In this document: one piece after another, positions 9,510 through 18,913 of the stretch
Position numbering within the stretch: position 1 is the first letter of the stretch
Layout: every line of letters starts with the position of its first letter
Source of the DNA: Candidatus Woesearchaeota archaeon
GTDB taxonomy: Archaea > Nanobdellota > Nanobdellia > Pacearchaeales > GW2011-AR1
Direction of reading: 5' to 3'
Length of the DNA stretch: 64,000 nucleotides
Assembly (NCBI GenBank): GCA_964460535.1
Contig: CAYWQI010000001.1
Span: forward strand, 26,856 to 90,855
The notes under the pieces: model-generated
Databases searched by the model: none
What the model was told of the DNA's origin: nothing
Seen by the model: only the letters and a program-made list of their open reading frames with translations
Translations under genes and position numbers: made by a program

Positions 9510-11105
9510 TTATAATTTTGTTCTTCTTAAAATCTCTTGAGTCATTTCAGATTGAAAACTTTCATGTTCTTCTGGAGAATACCATGAAGCAACAGAATAA
9601 ATATTTTTACAAGGACTTCTATTATGACAGAATCCTGTATACTGGCATTTAACTCTCATAAAATCTTTTATATCTTGAGGAAGATTGCTAGATTGTAAAA
9701 GTTCATATTCTTGCCAAGTTGTTTTTTTCATTTCAGGTTCTACATCCTTGCACCTTCTCAATGATTCAAAACCCGTTGTTAAATTATATGTATCATAAGT
9801 TCTAAAAACACCTAATTTTAAACCTCTAGGGAAAACATAGATTGCATCACTTTCTGGGATCCCAATTTCTTTTAATTTTTCAAAAGTATTATTTGAATCC
9901 ACAATTCTATTTATCCAGATATTTAAATTTTCAAAATCTTCTTTAATTTCTTCTGGAAGTGAAAAGACTCTTTCTAACTCTCTTAAATTAGGTCCCAAGC
10001 CATCTTTTTTATTTTCAATAATTCTTTGAACAATAGGAGAAATTCTTTTTCTTGCTTGATAAATAGATTCTGCTTCTTGTGGCATTGTCCTATGTCTTTT
10101 GTATTCTCCCCAAACTCTCCAAGGACTTACAGAAAAAACACTTGCTCGAACATCTTGATTATGGTCTTGAACAATTTCATGGGCTTCTTGCAATAGTTGT
10201 TCATGTTGTTTTTTTGTTAGGTCTTTTGATTTAGAAACTTCTTTAAATTTTTTCAACCATTTATAAATTCTATTTTTTCTATCTAAAGAATCTCGAGAAT
10301 ATGTATCAACAATTATTAGATTTTCAGAATTTTCATCTCTTAATTCTTCTGCAGAAGTTTTTCTATAATGAAAAATACTTGGATTTGGACAAGTTGCTCT
10401 TGGGGAAGCCTTTCTTGCCTCATACGTTATTGTCATTCCATTCTCATAAACCATCTCTTCAAGTTGTGATAAGATTTCCTTTCCTTCTTGAGGAATTGCA
10501 TTAGGATTAAATTTAAAATCTCTTGAAAATGAAACAAGAGTCTCTAGAGGAATTTTAATAAAGCCTCCTCCAGTTAAACCATATTGAACAATCTTTGAAG
10601 CTTGTTGTTTATGAACTCCTCTTTCTTTAAGTTTTTCATAAGCTCTAATGTTTTCTTTACTATTTTTCATATAAATTTGGACTGCTTCATTTCCTGCAGA
10701 TTTAATTGACTTTGGAACAAGAATCTGATCTTCTTTAATTGGAACTCTTCTTCCTGAAGGCATCAAAGCACTTTCAAATCTAGCCCCAGTAAACATAGAA
10801 TCAATAAATTTTGAAGTTGAGTCTTCTGCAGAAATTGTTAAATCAATACCTGTTGACAGAGAAGCATGCCCTGCACCCGCAGAATTAACAAGACCTTTCA
10901 TGAGTTTTCTATATTCCTCTTCGTCACCTTCACCATAGTCTCCTAGTTGAATTTTTCTAAGAACGTCTGAAAAATGTCTAACATCTTTAAAAGTAATTCC
11001 TGCAGCAGCACAGATAACTTCATCAGGATTGACAATTCTTCCTTCTTGCAATTTTATCTTTGGACTATAGTCTCTTAAATGAATTTTAGGATTAACAATT
11101 TGCAT
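9510..11105 (-). CDS. thyX: divergent tandem-domain FAD-dependent thymidylate synthase (ThyX-like)
   Basis: GHAS motif, C-terminal half with KRHRTMPQEAES, GIPESDAIYVFP, LRRC; two repeated ThyX-like halves. Confidence 0.65.
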   Translation of the reverse strand: MQIVNPKIHLRDYSPKIKLQEGRIVNPDEVICAAAGITFKDVRHFSDVLRKIQLGDYGEGDEEEYRKLMKGLVNSAGAGHASLSTGIDLTISAEDSTSKFIDSMFTGARFESALMPSGRRVPIKEDQILVPKSIKSAGNEAVQIYMKNSKENIRAYEKLKERGVHKQQASKIVQYGLTGGGFIKIPLETLVSFSRDFKFNPNAIPQEGKEILSQLEEMVYENGMTITYEARKASPRATCPNPSIFHYRKTSAEELRDENSENLIIVDTYSRDSLDRKNRIYKWLKKFKEVSKSKDLTKKQHEQLLQEAHEIVQDHNQDVRASVFSVSPWRVWGEYKRHRTMPQEAESIYQARKRISPIVQRIIENKKDGLGPNLRELERVFSLPEEIKEDFENLNIWINRIVDSNNTFEKLKEIGIPESDAIYVFPRGLKLGVFRTYDTYNLTTGFESLRRCKDVEPEMKKTTWQEYELLQSSNLPQDIKDFMRVKCQYTGFCHNRSPCKNIYSVASWYSPEEHESFQSEMTQEILRRTKL

Positions 11106-11173
11106 AAATGAAAAAAATAAAACATCTTTTTAAACATTAATATACTTGAAAATATATTTTAGAATTCAACAAA

Positions 11174-11461
11174 TTATTGTTTCTTCTCTTCAACTTTTCC
11201 AGATTCTTCTTTTTTCTCTTCCTTGTTTTCTTGAGGTTTAGATTCTTCTGCAGGTTTTTTAGAAACAAATTCAGAATAATGGCATTTTCCACAATAAACT
11301 CTGTCACTAGCAGTCATTAAAAAAATTCCAGGGCCACAACGAGGACAAGTTTTTGCTCTTATAATCTTATTCCCCTCAATTTTATATTTTGCATATTTCT
11401 TACTTGTTGGTTTATTCTTATGAGGTTTTTTTCCTTTTTTAACTGGTTTTTTTTGTCCCAT
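11174..11461 (-). CDS. rps27ae: 30S ribosomal protein S27ae (eS31)
   Basis: CPRCGPGIFLM...RVYCGKCHYSEF. Confidence 0.93.
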   Translation of the reverse strand: MGQKKPVKKGKKPHKNKPTSKKYAKYKIEGNKIIRAKTCPRCGPGIFLMTASDRVYCGKCHYSEFVSKKPAEESKPQENKEEKKEESGKVEEKKQ

Positions 11462-11463
11462 TT

Positions 11464-11919
11464 TTATTCTTTTTTATCCTCAGTTTTAGTTTCTTCTTTA
11501 TTTTGAATGTTTTCTTTGGATTCAGTTTCTTCTGGTTTTGATTCTTTAGTTTCTTCTTGTTTATTTTCAGTTTCTTCTTTTTTTTCTTCAGCAGCTTTTT
11601 CAGCTTCTGCATTTTTCTTTTCTTCCTCTTCTTTAGCAGCTTTTTTTTCAGCTTCTATTTCTTGTTTTGTTTTTTTAACATATTTCTCTTTATCTTCTTT
11701 TGTTTTATAAATTTCTGCAATAACTTTAAATTCTGGTTTTCCAAAATTTCCAAGAATTTGTCTTATCTTAATATTTTCAATAGGATTTGAAGTTTTTTTT
11801 GAAATAATTTCACTTGCTTCAGAATTACTTAAAGAAGCTTCTGTTTTTATATTTGCTATTATTTCTTTTCTATTAAATAAAGGATTTTCTTTTTCTTGAA
11901 TATCTATAATTTCTGCCAT
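11464..11919 (-). CDS. rps24e: 30S ribosomal protein S24e with long K/E tail
   Basis: EKENPLFNRKEI...GNFGK; conserved position between spt4 and rps27ae; likely start MAEIID. Confidence 0.85.
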   Translation of the reverse strand: MAEIIDIQEKENPLFNRKEIIANIKTEASLSNSEASEIISKKTSNPIENIKIRQILGNFGKPEFKVIAEIYKTKEDKEKYVKKTKQEIEAEKKAAKEEEEKKNAEAEKAAEEKKEETENKQEETKESKPEETESKENIQNKEETKTEDKKE

Positions 11920-11920
11920 T

Positions 11921-12112
11921 TTATGAAGTTTTAATTGCAAAGTCTCCTTTTTCTTTTATATTTATTTTGTCAGCAATTTCAGATTTTTCTGGATTTGTAA
12001 CTATTATATGTCCTTTAAAACCTTCAGTAAATTCTTTGCTTCCACATTTAGGACATTTATCTTTTCCTTCATAAACAGTCTTACAAATTTTACATGCTTT
12101 TTTCTTTGGCAT
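11921..12112 (-). CDS. spt4: transcription elongation factor Spt4 (RpoE'')
   Basis: KACKICK...CPKCGS...PEKSEIADKINIKEKGDFAIK; start MPKKK. Confidence 0.92.
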   Translation of the reverse strand: MPKKKACKICKTVYEGKDKCPKCGSKEFTEGFKGHIIVTNPEKSEIADKINIKEKGDFAIKTS

Positions 12113-12170
12113 CAAAATTTTCCCCTGCAATTTAATTTTGATGAAATAGAAAATTTTATTTTCTTTGGCA

Positions 12171-12785
12171 TTATTTCTTTCCTCCAGATTTCTTTTGTTT
12201 TGAAGCAGCTTTTTCTTGTTCTTTAGCAACTTTCATTGCTTCTTTTTCTTTTTTGATTTTATCTTCTTGTACCCATTCAATTTTTCCAAGCCCAGGTTGT
12301 CTCATTGTCAATCCTACTTTAGGTTGTTCTCCTTTATGACTTATTGCAACAATTCTTGCAATGCATAAGTCACCTTCTTTTAAACTTCTGTTTGAAGATT
12401 TTCCAGCAAGAGTATTTGATTTACTAAAACTTACATAATCATCCATTGTTTGACTAATATGAATCATACCCCTCATAACTCCCATGTCAATAAATGCACC
12501 AAAATTAGTAATTTCTGAAATCATTCCATAAACAATTTCTTGTAATTGAGGTTTCCAAACAAGTAATTTAAATTTTGATTTATAATATGCTGCACCATCA
12601 CCCGGAATTATAACCCCTTCTTCTACTTCAAGAACTTCAATAACTGAAACAACTCTTCCAAATTCTCTGCTATAATATTCAGCATAAGTTTCTAAAAGTT
12701 GTTTTTCTACAGCTTCACTAGTGTCTAAACCAAATAACTTTGGTTCAACTCTTACATGGTCTTCAACTTCTATTAATGAGAACAT
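12171..12785 (-). CDS. rpoE1: RNA polymerase subunit E' (Rpo7)
   Basis: GVIIPGDGAAYY, S1 domain FGAFID...HISQ, GLTMRQPGLGK. Confidence 0.95.
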   Translation of the reverse strand: MFSLIEVEDHVRVEPKLFGLDTSEAVEKQLLETYAEYYSREFGRVVSVIEVLEVEEGVIIPGDGAAYYKSKFKLLVWKPQLQEIVYGMISEITNFGAFIDMGVMRGMIHISQTMDDYVSFSKSNTLAGKSSNRSLKEGDLCIARIVAISHKGEQPKVGLTMRQPGLGKIEWVQEDKIKKEKEAMKVAKEQEKAASKQKKSGGKK

Positions 12786-12888
12786 TTTACTTGTAAAAAT
12801 TAGCAAATATTGGTTTAAAAAGGTTTTTGTATGGCCTTTTTCAGTTTATTAAAAAGTATTATGAAACATTAGAATGAATTAGGAGAAT

Positions 12889-13272
12889 TTACACAACTTC
12901 TAATCTTTTACCTTTTAGAATAATTGTTTTTCCTTTTAATTTTTTTATTATTTCCTTGTCAAGAGTTCCAATATAAACTTCTTCATCTTCTTTAGCATAA
13001 TTAACCAAACCTGTATCAACTTTTTTAATACCTAAAATAATTTCTTCAAAATCAGAACATTCAATAATTTTCAATGCAGTATCTGCAAGATCTCTAAATT
13101 TCATTCTTTTTTTCTTACCTTGTGCTATTCCTTTTAATTCAATTAAAACTTCCTGTGGAATTAAAATCTTAAATCCAAGATATTCAAGTTCTTTAAAAAA
13201 ATCAATTTTTTTTCCAACTGCAGAAATTATAAAACTTGTATCTAAAACAGCTTTTTTTACCATAAAATACAA
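12889..13272 (-). CDS. PIN-domain protein (Fcf1/Utp24-like)
   Basis: VLDTSFI, IPQEVLIEL, VDTGLV, TLDKE; conserved position upstream of rpoE1. Confidence 0.8.
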   Translation of the reverse strand: MYFMVKKAVLDTSFIISAVGKKIDFFKELEYLGFKILIPQEVLIELKGIAQGKKKRMKFRDLADTALKIIECSDFEEIILGIKKVDTGLVNYAKEDEEVYIGTLDKEIIKKLKGKTIILKGKRLEVV

Positions 13273-13307
13273 GAATAAAAAGACTATAAAAACTTAAGGT
13301 TTCAATG

Positions 13308-13538
13308 TATCTTGTAACACTTGGAGTTTTACTCAATAATTTCCTGTTTCACAGAAATAATAAATAATAAGAAATTTTAATTAATATCTTCTGAAGTTCT
13401 TTTGGATAATTGTGCCTTTAAATCCCTTATTAGAGGATATTTCTATACCTTGCTATATTTAAGCTCTGAAAGTTTTTATAATTAATTTTTTTCAGAGAAG
13501 ATATTTAGTTTTATTTTTGTAGTTAGTGTTACCAGATA
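13308..13538 (+). repeat. dispersed 231-bp repeat with 13-bp terminal inverted repeats (MITE-like)
   Basis: Ends TATCTTGTAACAC / GTGTTACCAGATA; near-identical to the reverse complement of 37823-38053. Confidence 0.85.
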
Positions 13539-13709
13539 TGTTCCAATCTCTGCTTTTAACTTTATCGAAAATTTCTGTTCAAAACAAATTTGATATAATG
13601 ACAGATATCTATAAATTGATTAATTATAAATTAAAAATTTTCTACTAATATCTCTTTAGTTACTGCATTTCTTCCAAAACTTTATTAACCCCCAACCCTT
13701 TAGATACAT

Positions 13710-14270
13710 ATGCAAGAGGTGGACAATATTCTGAGAATTTTAAAAGAAACAAAATTAGCATTGCAAGAAGAAGATTCACATAAATTAAGAGATTTAAGTA
13801 ATCAAACAAATAATACAGCTTCTAGAACACAAGATCCAGACAATATTGCAATTGCAGTGATTATATATTCTATGAGTAAGATAATAGAAAGAGACCAATA
13901 TAGAAAATTAAAAGGATGGAAAAAATTTTATAAGCAATTCTTAAAAAAATTAGATTTAATTATCCTTGATATTAATAAGAAAAATTCTAGAGAACTTAAA
14001 AAAAATATACAAGAATTAAGAGAGTCAATAGATAATCTTTCTGGAAGATTAAAAGAATTTATTCAAGATGTTTTTAGAAAAGCTTCAATAAACAAAGCAT
14101 CAAAAATTTATGAACATGGTATATCAATGGAAAAAACTTCAAAGCTTCTGGGAATAAGTTTATGGGAACTTGCGAATTATTCAGGAGCAAAAGCAGATAC
14201 ACTTACAGAAGAATTAAAGACAATTAAAACAAAAGACAGAATTAAATTTGCAGAAGGAGTTTTTTCTTAA
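13710..14270 (+). CDS. conserved hypothetical protein (C-terminal HTH-like)
   Basis: 186-aa ORF; KASKIYEHGISMEKTSKLLGISLWEL. Confidence 0.7.
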   Translation: MQEVDNILRILKETKLALQEEDSHKLRDLSNQTNNTASRTQDPDNIAIAVIIYSMSKIIERDQYRKLKGWKKFYKQFLKKLDLIILDINKKNSRELKKNIQELRESIDNLSGRLKEFIQDVFRKASINKASKIYEHGISMEKTSKLLGISLWELANYSGAKADTLTEELKTIKTKDRIKFAEGVFS

Positions 14271-14984
14271 ATGATTTCAAATCCCAAAACAAAAAAAGCA
14301 CTAATCTTTGATGCAAGTTCTTTAATTAGTTTAGCAATGAATGGGCTTTTACCCATACTTGAAAAATTGAAAAAAAATTTTAAGGGTTATTTTTTAATAA
14401 CAAGAGAAGTTCAATATGAGGTAATTGAAAGACCTCTTAAAATAAAAAAATTTAAATTAGAAGCTTTAATGATTCAGAAACTTCTTAAAACAAAAATACT
14501 AGAAACTCCAGAAAAAATTGGATTAGATATCAAAGATAATCAAGTATCAAAAAGAACTAATGAAATCATGGAAGATATTAATGATTTATTTATAACAAAA
14601 GGAAAACCTGTGGAAGTTATAGATTTAGGAGAATCTTCTTGTCTTGCTTTAAGTGAGATGCTTTCTGAAAAAAAGATGCATAGTGTTATTTGTATGGATG
14701 AAAGAACAACAAGGGTTTTAATTGAAAAACCCTCAAATCTTCAGAATTTATTAGAAAAAAGATTACATTCTAGAATAAAATCAAACAAAGAATTTTTAGA
14801 TACTTTAAAAAGAAAACAATATAAAATTATTCGTTCTGCAGAATTAATGTATCTTGCATATAAAAAACAATTATTTGATATATCAGATTCAAAACTTTTA
14901 GATGCTGTATTATATGCTTTAAAATTTAAAGGATGTGCAATTTCTGAACAAGAAATAGAAGAAATAAAAAAATTATCCAAATAA
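14271..14984 (+). CDS. PIN-like domain protein
   Basis: IFDASSLISL, IDLGESSCLAL, MDERTTR. Confidence 0.7.
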   Translation: MISNPKTKKALIFDASSLISLAMNGLLPILEKLKKNFKGYFLITREVQYEVIERPLKIKKFKLEALMIQKLLKTKILETPEKIGLDIKDNQVSKRTNEIMEDINDLFITKGKPVEVIDLGESSCLALSEMLSEKKMHSVICMDERTTRVLIEKPSNLQNLLEKRLHSRIKSNKEFLDTLKRKQYKIIRSAELMYLAYKKQLFDISDSKLLDAVLYALKFKGCAISEQEIEEIKKLSK

Positions 14985-15350
14985 ATTAAAATCTTCTTTA
15001 TCCAAATCACTAATTGAAATTGTCAAGACTCTTTCTTTTGAAGAATATTCAATACTTATGATATATTTCAAATTTTGTTTTGACACTTCAAAACTTTCTT
15101 GAGATTCATCATCTTCTAATTCATTAATCATAAAACCAGATTCAACATAATATCTTTTAATTACTCTTGAAAATTCCCTTATTTCTGAAACTCTTTTTTC
15201 ATCTATTGTTATTTGCAAAACTCCTATTTGAGGTGATTCAGAAATAATGCTCTTAAAATTCTCTTGTTTTGATTTTCCAAATAATTCTGAAATTTTTTTA
15301 CCTATATTTTCAAGATGCGGCAAATTGTCTAAATTATCTTCTTTTTCCAT
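14973..15350 (-). CDS. hypothetical protein
   Basis: 125-aa ORF. Confidence 0.55.
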   Translation of the reverse strand: MEKEDNLDNLPHLENIGKKISELFGKSKQENFKSIISESPQIGVLQITIDEKRVSEIREFSRVIKRYYVESGFMINELEDDESQESFEVSKQNLKYIISIEYSSKERVLTISISDLDKEDFNLFG

Positions 15351-15402
15351 AATTATCTATAACAACAGATTTTAAAAATGCTACTATCAACCTATTTTAT
15401 AA

Positions 15403-15473
15403 GGGTGCATCGCTTAATGGTAAAGTATCCGGCTCCAGACCGGAAGCTGAGGGTTCAATTCCCTCTGCGCCCA
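15403..15473 (+). tRNA. tRNA-Trp(CCA), intronless
   Basis: Acceptor GGGTGCA/TGCGCCC, anticodon arm TCCGG-CTCCAGA-CCGGA, T-arm GAGGGTTCAATTCCCTC. Confidence 0.92.
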
Positions 15474-15481
15474 TTTTTAGA

Positions 15482-15769
15482 ATGTCAGAACAACAAAAAC
15501 AACCTTTAGAAGAATTAGAAGATTTAAGAAAAGAGATAAATATTTTAGATAATCAAATTTTGAATCTTTTAAAAAATAGACAAGAGATTGTGGAGAAAGT
15601 TAAAGAATTTAAGATAAAAAATAATGTTTCTTTTTATCAGCCAGATAGAGAAAAGATGATTTTAGAAAGAATAAAAAATATAGCTGATGAAAAAGGAATG
15701 AATTCTGAGATAGCAAAAAATATATTTAAAAAAATTATACAAGAATTTAGGAATTCAGAAATAAAATGA
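15482..15769 (+). CDS. chorismate mutase (AroQ type)
   Basis: LEDLRKEINILDNQILNLLKNR...K...QPDREKMIL. Confidence 0.88.
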   Translation: MSEQQKQPLEELEDLRKEINILDNQILNLLKNRQEIVEKVKEFKIKNNVSFYQPDREKMILERIKNIADEKGMNSEIAKNIFKKIIQEFRNSEIK

Positions 15770-16608
15770 AAATAGGATTTTTAGGACCTGCAGGAACATT
15801 TACAGAAAAATTAGCTAAAGAGATTTTTCCAGATGAAGTATTAATCCCTTTGCAACCAATTAGAAAAGTTGTATTAGCTGTTGAAACAGGAGAAGTTGAT
15901 TCTGCAGTGGTTCCAATAGAAAACATTTACAATGGTGAAGTTCGACAAACTCTCGATTCTCTAACAGAATGCAATAAAACAAAAATAGTAAGAGAATTTT
16001 CTAAAAAAATTGTTCATTGTATTGGAGCTCCTTTAGACTCTGATTTAAAACAAATTAAAAAAGTCTATTCAAAAGACCAAGCTTTAGAACAATGTAGTAA
16101 ATATTTAATAGATAAACTTCCTAAAGCAGAATTAATTTCTGTAGCAAGTACATCTGAAGCAGCTAGAATAGTTTCTGAACAATCTTCTCCAATTCAAGCT
16201 GTTATAGCTTCTGAAAATGCCTTAAATGAAAGAGGATTAAATATTTTAGATAAAGACTTGTGTCCAAACAATCAAACAAGGTTTATTGCACTTTCCCAAA
16301 AATCAACAGAGTCAACAGGAAATGATAAAACATTTGTAGCACTTCACCCAGAAATAAAAGATAAGCCAGGTATTTTATACAATTCTCTAAAATTTATTTC
16401 AGGACAAAATATTAATTTGGAATATATTCAATCACGTCCAGATGGAGAAAATGGTTATTATTTTTATTTAGAATTAGAAGGCCATGAAAAAGATGAAAAA
16501 ATAAAAAAAACTCTTGAAAAAATAAAGACCTTTCTTGATCCAGAAAACCAGTTTCCAAATACTCTTAAAATTTTAGGAAGTTATTCAAACACTAATTGGA
16601 AACATTAA
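15766..16608 (+). CDS. pheA: prephenate dehydratase
   Basis: FLGPAGTFT, VVPIEN, QALEQC, NQTRF, ACT domain with IQSRP. Confidence 0.92.
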   Translation: MKIGFLGPAGTFTEKLAKEIFPDEVLIPLQPIRKVVLAVETGEVDSAVVPIENIYNGEVRQTLDSLTECNKTKIVREFSKKIVHCIGAPLDSDLKQIKKVYSKDQALEQCSKYLIDKLPKAELISVASTSEAARIVSEQSSPIQAVIASENALNERGLNILDKDLCPNNQTRFIALSQKSTESTGNDKTFVALHPEIKDKPGILYNSLKFISGQNINLEYIQSRPDGENGYYFYLELEGHEKDEKIKKTLEKIKTFLDPENQFPNTLKILGSYSNTNWKH

Positions 16609-16616
16609 TAGATAAA

Positions 16617-17160
16617 ATGAAGATAAATATAATCTGAGGAATAGGATTAATCTGCAAGATCCACAAGGACTTTTTTGAATTTTCAGGATATGAGTTTTTC
16701 TTATTGAAAGAAATTCAAATAAAGATATTGAAAAAGCAACCCAAGATTCAGAAGTGATAATTATTTATGTTCCAATTTCTGTAACTAAAAAAGCAATTGA
16801 GCAAATTGCTCCTATTTGTCAGAACAAGGCTTTGATAGATTTTACAGGAATAAAAAGAAGTTCCTTCAGAAAAACAGGACAAACTTGTTTCAGGAATTTT
16901 TCAAAATTTAAGAACACAAATGTTTCAATCTTATGCAAGCCCTTTAAAAAAAACAATGTTCAGATGAATTTTCAATTAAAGATATTTATGAACTCTCACA
17001 TCCTCAAACAAAAGCTCTTATTGATTTAATTTTAAGACAAATACATAATGGAAATGATAATTTATTTTATGAAATAAGAAAATCTAATATTCATTAGAAT
17101 TGTATTAATCAAGAATTAGAAAAAGTCTAAGAAAGAATGAAAAGGAAAATCAGAGATACT
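16617..17160 (+). pseudogene. tyrA: prephenate dehydrogenase (TyrA) pseudogene
   Basis: MKINII*GIGL (Rossmann GxG broken by TGA at 16635), later frame SEVIIIYVPISVTKKAIEQIAP...LIDFTGIK; several stops and frameshifts; 3' end approximate. Confidence 0.75.
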
Positions 17161-17282
17161 TAATTGAAGAGCTCCTAGCCCATATATTTTTAAAGTTTCT
17201 TTCCTACTAAAGACTCGTAATATTTAATGTTCATTTTCTAGAAGTCATAAATATATATAAAGAATCTATTCTTTATTTAATC

Positions 17283-17432
17283 ATGAAAAAAGAGGACAAA
17301 ATCATGTCTGAAGTTAGTGATGAAGTCTTCTTGCTTATGAAAAAAATCCAGAGAAGATTCAATCTCTCTTGGAGCAAAGCAAGAGAAGGTGTAAGTTCAT
17401 CACTTGTAGCTCTTTATGGGCTTCAACTTTAA
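17283..17432 (+). CDS. small hypothetical protein (49 aa)
   Basis: MKKEDKIMSEVSDEVFLLMKKIQRRFNLSWSKAREGVSSSLVALYGLQL; TATA-like sequence upstream, T-tract downstream. Confidence 0.5.
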   Translation: MKKEDKIMSEVSDEVFLLMKKIQRRFNLSWSKAREGVSSSLVALYGLQL

Positions 17433-17566
17433 TTTTTATTTTTTTTATTTAATTCCTATAGAAGTCAATGCGCTTTTTGAATAAATCTTGTGCGAAGGTT
17501 TTTCAATAGAAATCCATTAGAAACCTTTAAAAATCAATTGCAATATATCTTTATAACAGAATTTAT

Positions 17567-17638
17567 GCCTACGTGGTCTAACGGCTATGACACTACCCTG
17601 TCGCGGTGGTAACCCGGGTTCAACTCCCGGCGTGGGCG
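17567..17638 (+). tRNA. tRNA-Asp(GTC)
   Basis: Acceptor GCCTACG/CGTGGGC, anticodon arm CTACC-CTGTCGC-GGTGG, T-arm CCGGGTTCAACTCCCGG. Confidence 0.93.
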
Positions 17639-17783
17639 TTCGGAACTTTTTTACTCACACTCTCATTTTACAGACGACAAAATAAATTAACTCCCAAATT
17701 TCAAAATTGAGAAGAGTGCGGGCATTGAACTTTGTAGACATTTTTGTAGAAAAGTTTATAAATGTAGACACCATAATATAATT

Positions 17784-18725
17784 ATGTATCTTGAAAAGAA
17801 AAAAGTAAAAGGAAAGATAAAATACTATTTGGCACATTCTTTTAGAGAAGGGGGAAAAGTTCATAAAATTAGAAAAAAATTAGGTACAGATTTATCCAAA
17901 GAAATTTTAGAAGAAAGAATAAAAAAAGCAGAAGAATTGATTTTAGAAGAAATAGAAAAATACAAATTTATTAAGGATCCTCTTGATAAAGATTTATCCA
18001 AAGAAGAAATTGAATTTGTAAAAAGATTACAAAAAGAGAATAAATTTGAGATCTATCATCTATCTGAAAAAGAATGGAAATTATTTTCAAAGATATTCAC
18101 TTACAATACAAATGCAATTGAAGGTAGCAAGTTAACAAAAAAAGAAGTTGAAGAAGTTTTAGAAGAAAACAAATGGCCAGATAAATCAAAAGAAGATATT
18201 GCCGAGACTTATGGAGTCAATGAGGCCATTAAATTTGTAAGAGATACTAAAGAACATTTATCTATTGAATTATTAAAAAGCATACATACAATAGTTTTCA
18301 AAAATTCAAAATCCTTTGCAGGAAAATTTAGAAAAAAAGGAGAAGAAGTTGCAGTTATTAATTCTGATGGTTTTATTGTTCATGAAGGAGCGCCACAAAC
18401 AAGAGTCTTAGGATTATTAGAAAATTTAGTTAAATGGTATAATAAAAACAAGACCAAATATCCTGGATTAATTTTAGCATCAGTAGTCCATAACCAATTT
18501 GAAAACATTCACCCTTTTGCAGACGGAAATGGAAGAGTTGGAAGAATTATTATGAATAATATACTAATGAAAAATAATCTTCCCCCAATAAATATAGACT
18601 TAGATAATCGAAGTGAATATTATTCAATTTTAAAAGAATATGAAAAAAACAAAAATCTAAGGCCCACAATCGAGTTTTTGATAAAAGAATACAAAAAGAC
18701 TAAAAAACAAATAAAGAAGTTGTAG
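17784..18725 (+). CDS. Fic family protein
   Basis: Canonical HPFADGNGRVGR motif; TNAIEGS inhibitory-type motif. Confidence 0.92.
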   Translation: MYLEKKKVKGKIKYYLAHSFREGGKVHKIRKKLGTDLSKEILEERIKKAEELILEEIEKYKFIKDPLDKDLSKEEIEFVKRLQKENKFEIYHLSEKEWKLFSKIFTYNTNAIEGSKLTKKEVEEVLEENKWPDKSKEDIAETYGVNEAIKFVRDTKEHLSIELLKSIHTIVFKNSKSFAGKFRKKGEEVAVINSDGFIVHEGAPQTRVLGLLENLVKWYNKNKTKYPGLILASVVHNQFENIHPFADGNGRVGRIIMNNILMKNNLPPINIDLDNRSEYYSILKEYEKNKNLRPTIEFLIKEYKKTKKQIKKL

Positions 18726-18913
18726 ACATTTTTGTAGACATTTTTTATTTTGTAGACAAGGTTTTCAAAAAGAAAGTTTTAAAAACAAGTCTTTTTGTCT
18801 AAATTCTAGAGAAAAAATAGAAACAAAACAAAATTATCTATTTTTTGAATATTAAAATCAATATTAAAATATTAAGATATTAAGATATATATTGAAGTTA
18901 TATTAAAATTAAA

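Noticed and set aside
11507..11790. Antisense Phe/Ser-rich ORFs (also at 35298-35675, 51860-52318, 57062-57520 and others)
   Set aside because: Shadow ORFs opposite K/E-rich or well-supported genes
13308..13538. Dispersed repeats as attC sites (TAAC...GTTA ends)
   Set aside because: Too long, no internal palindrome, mixed orientations, and located among core genes rather than cassettes
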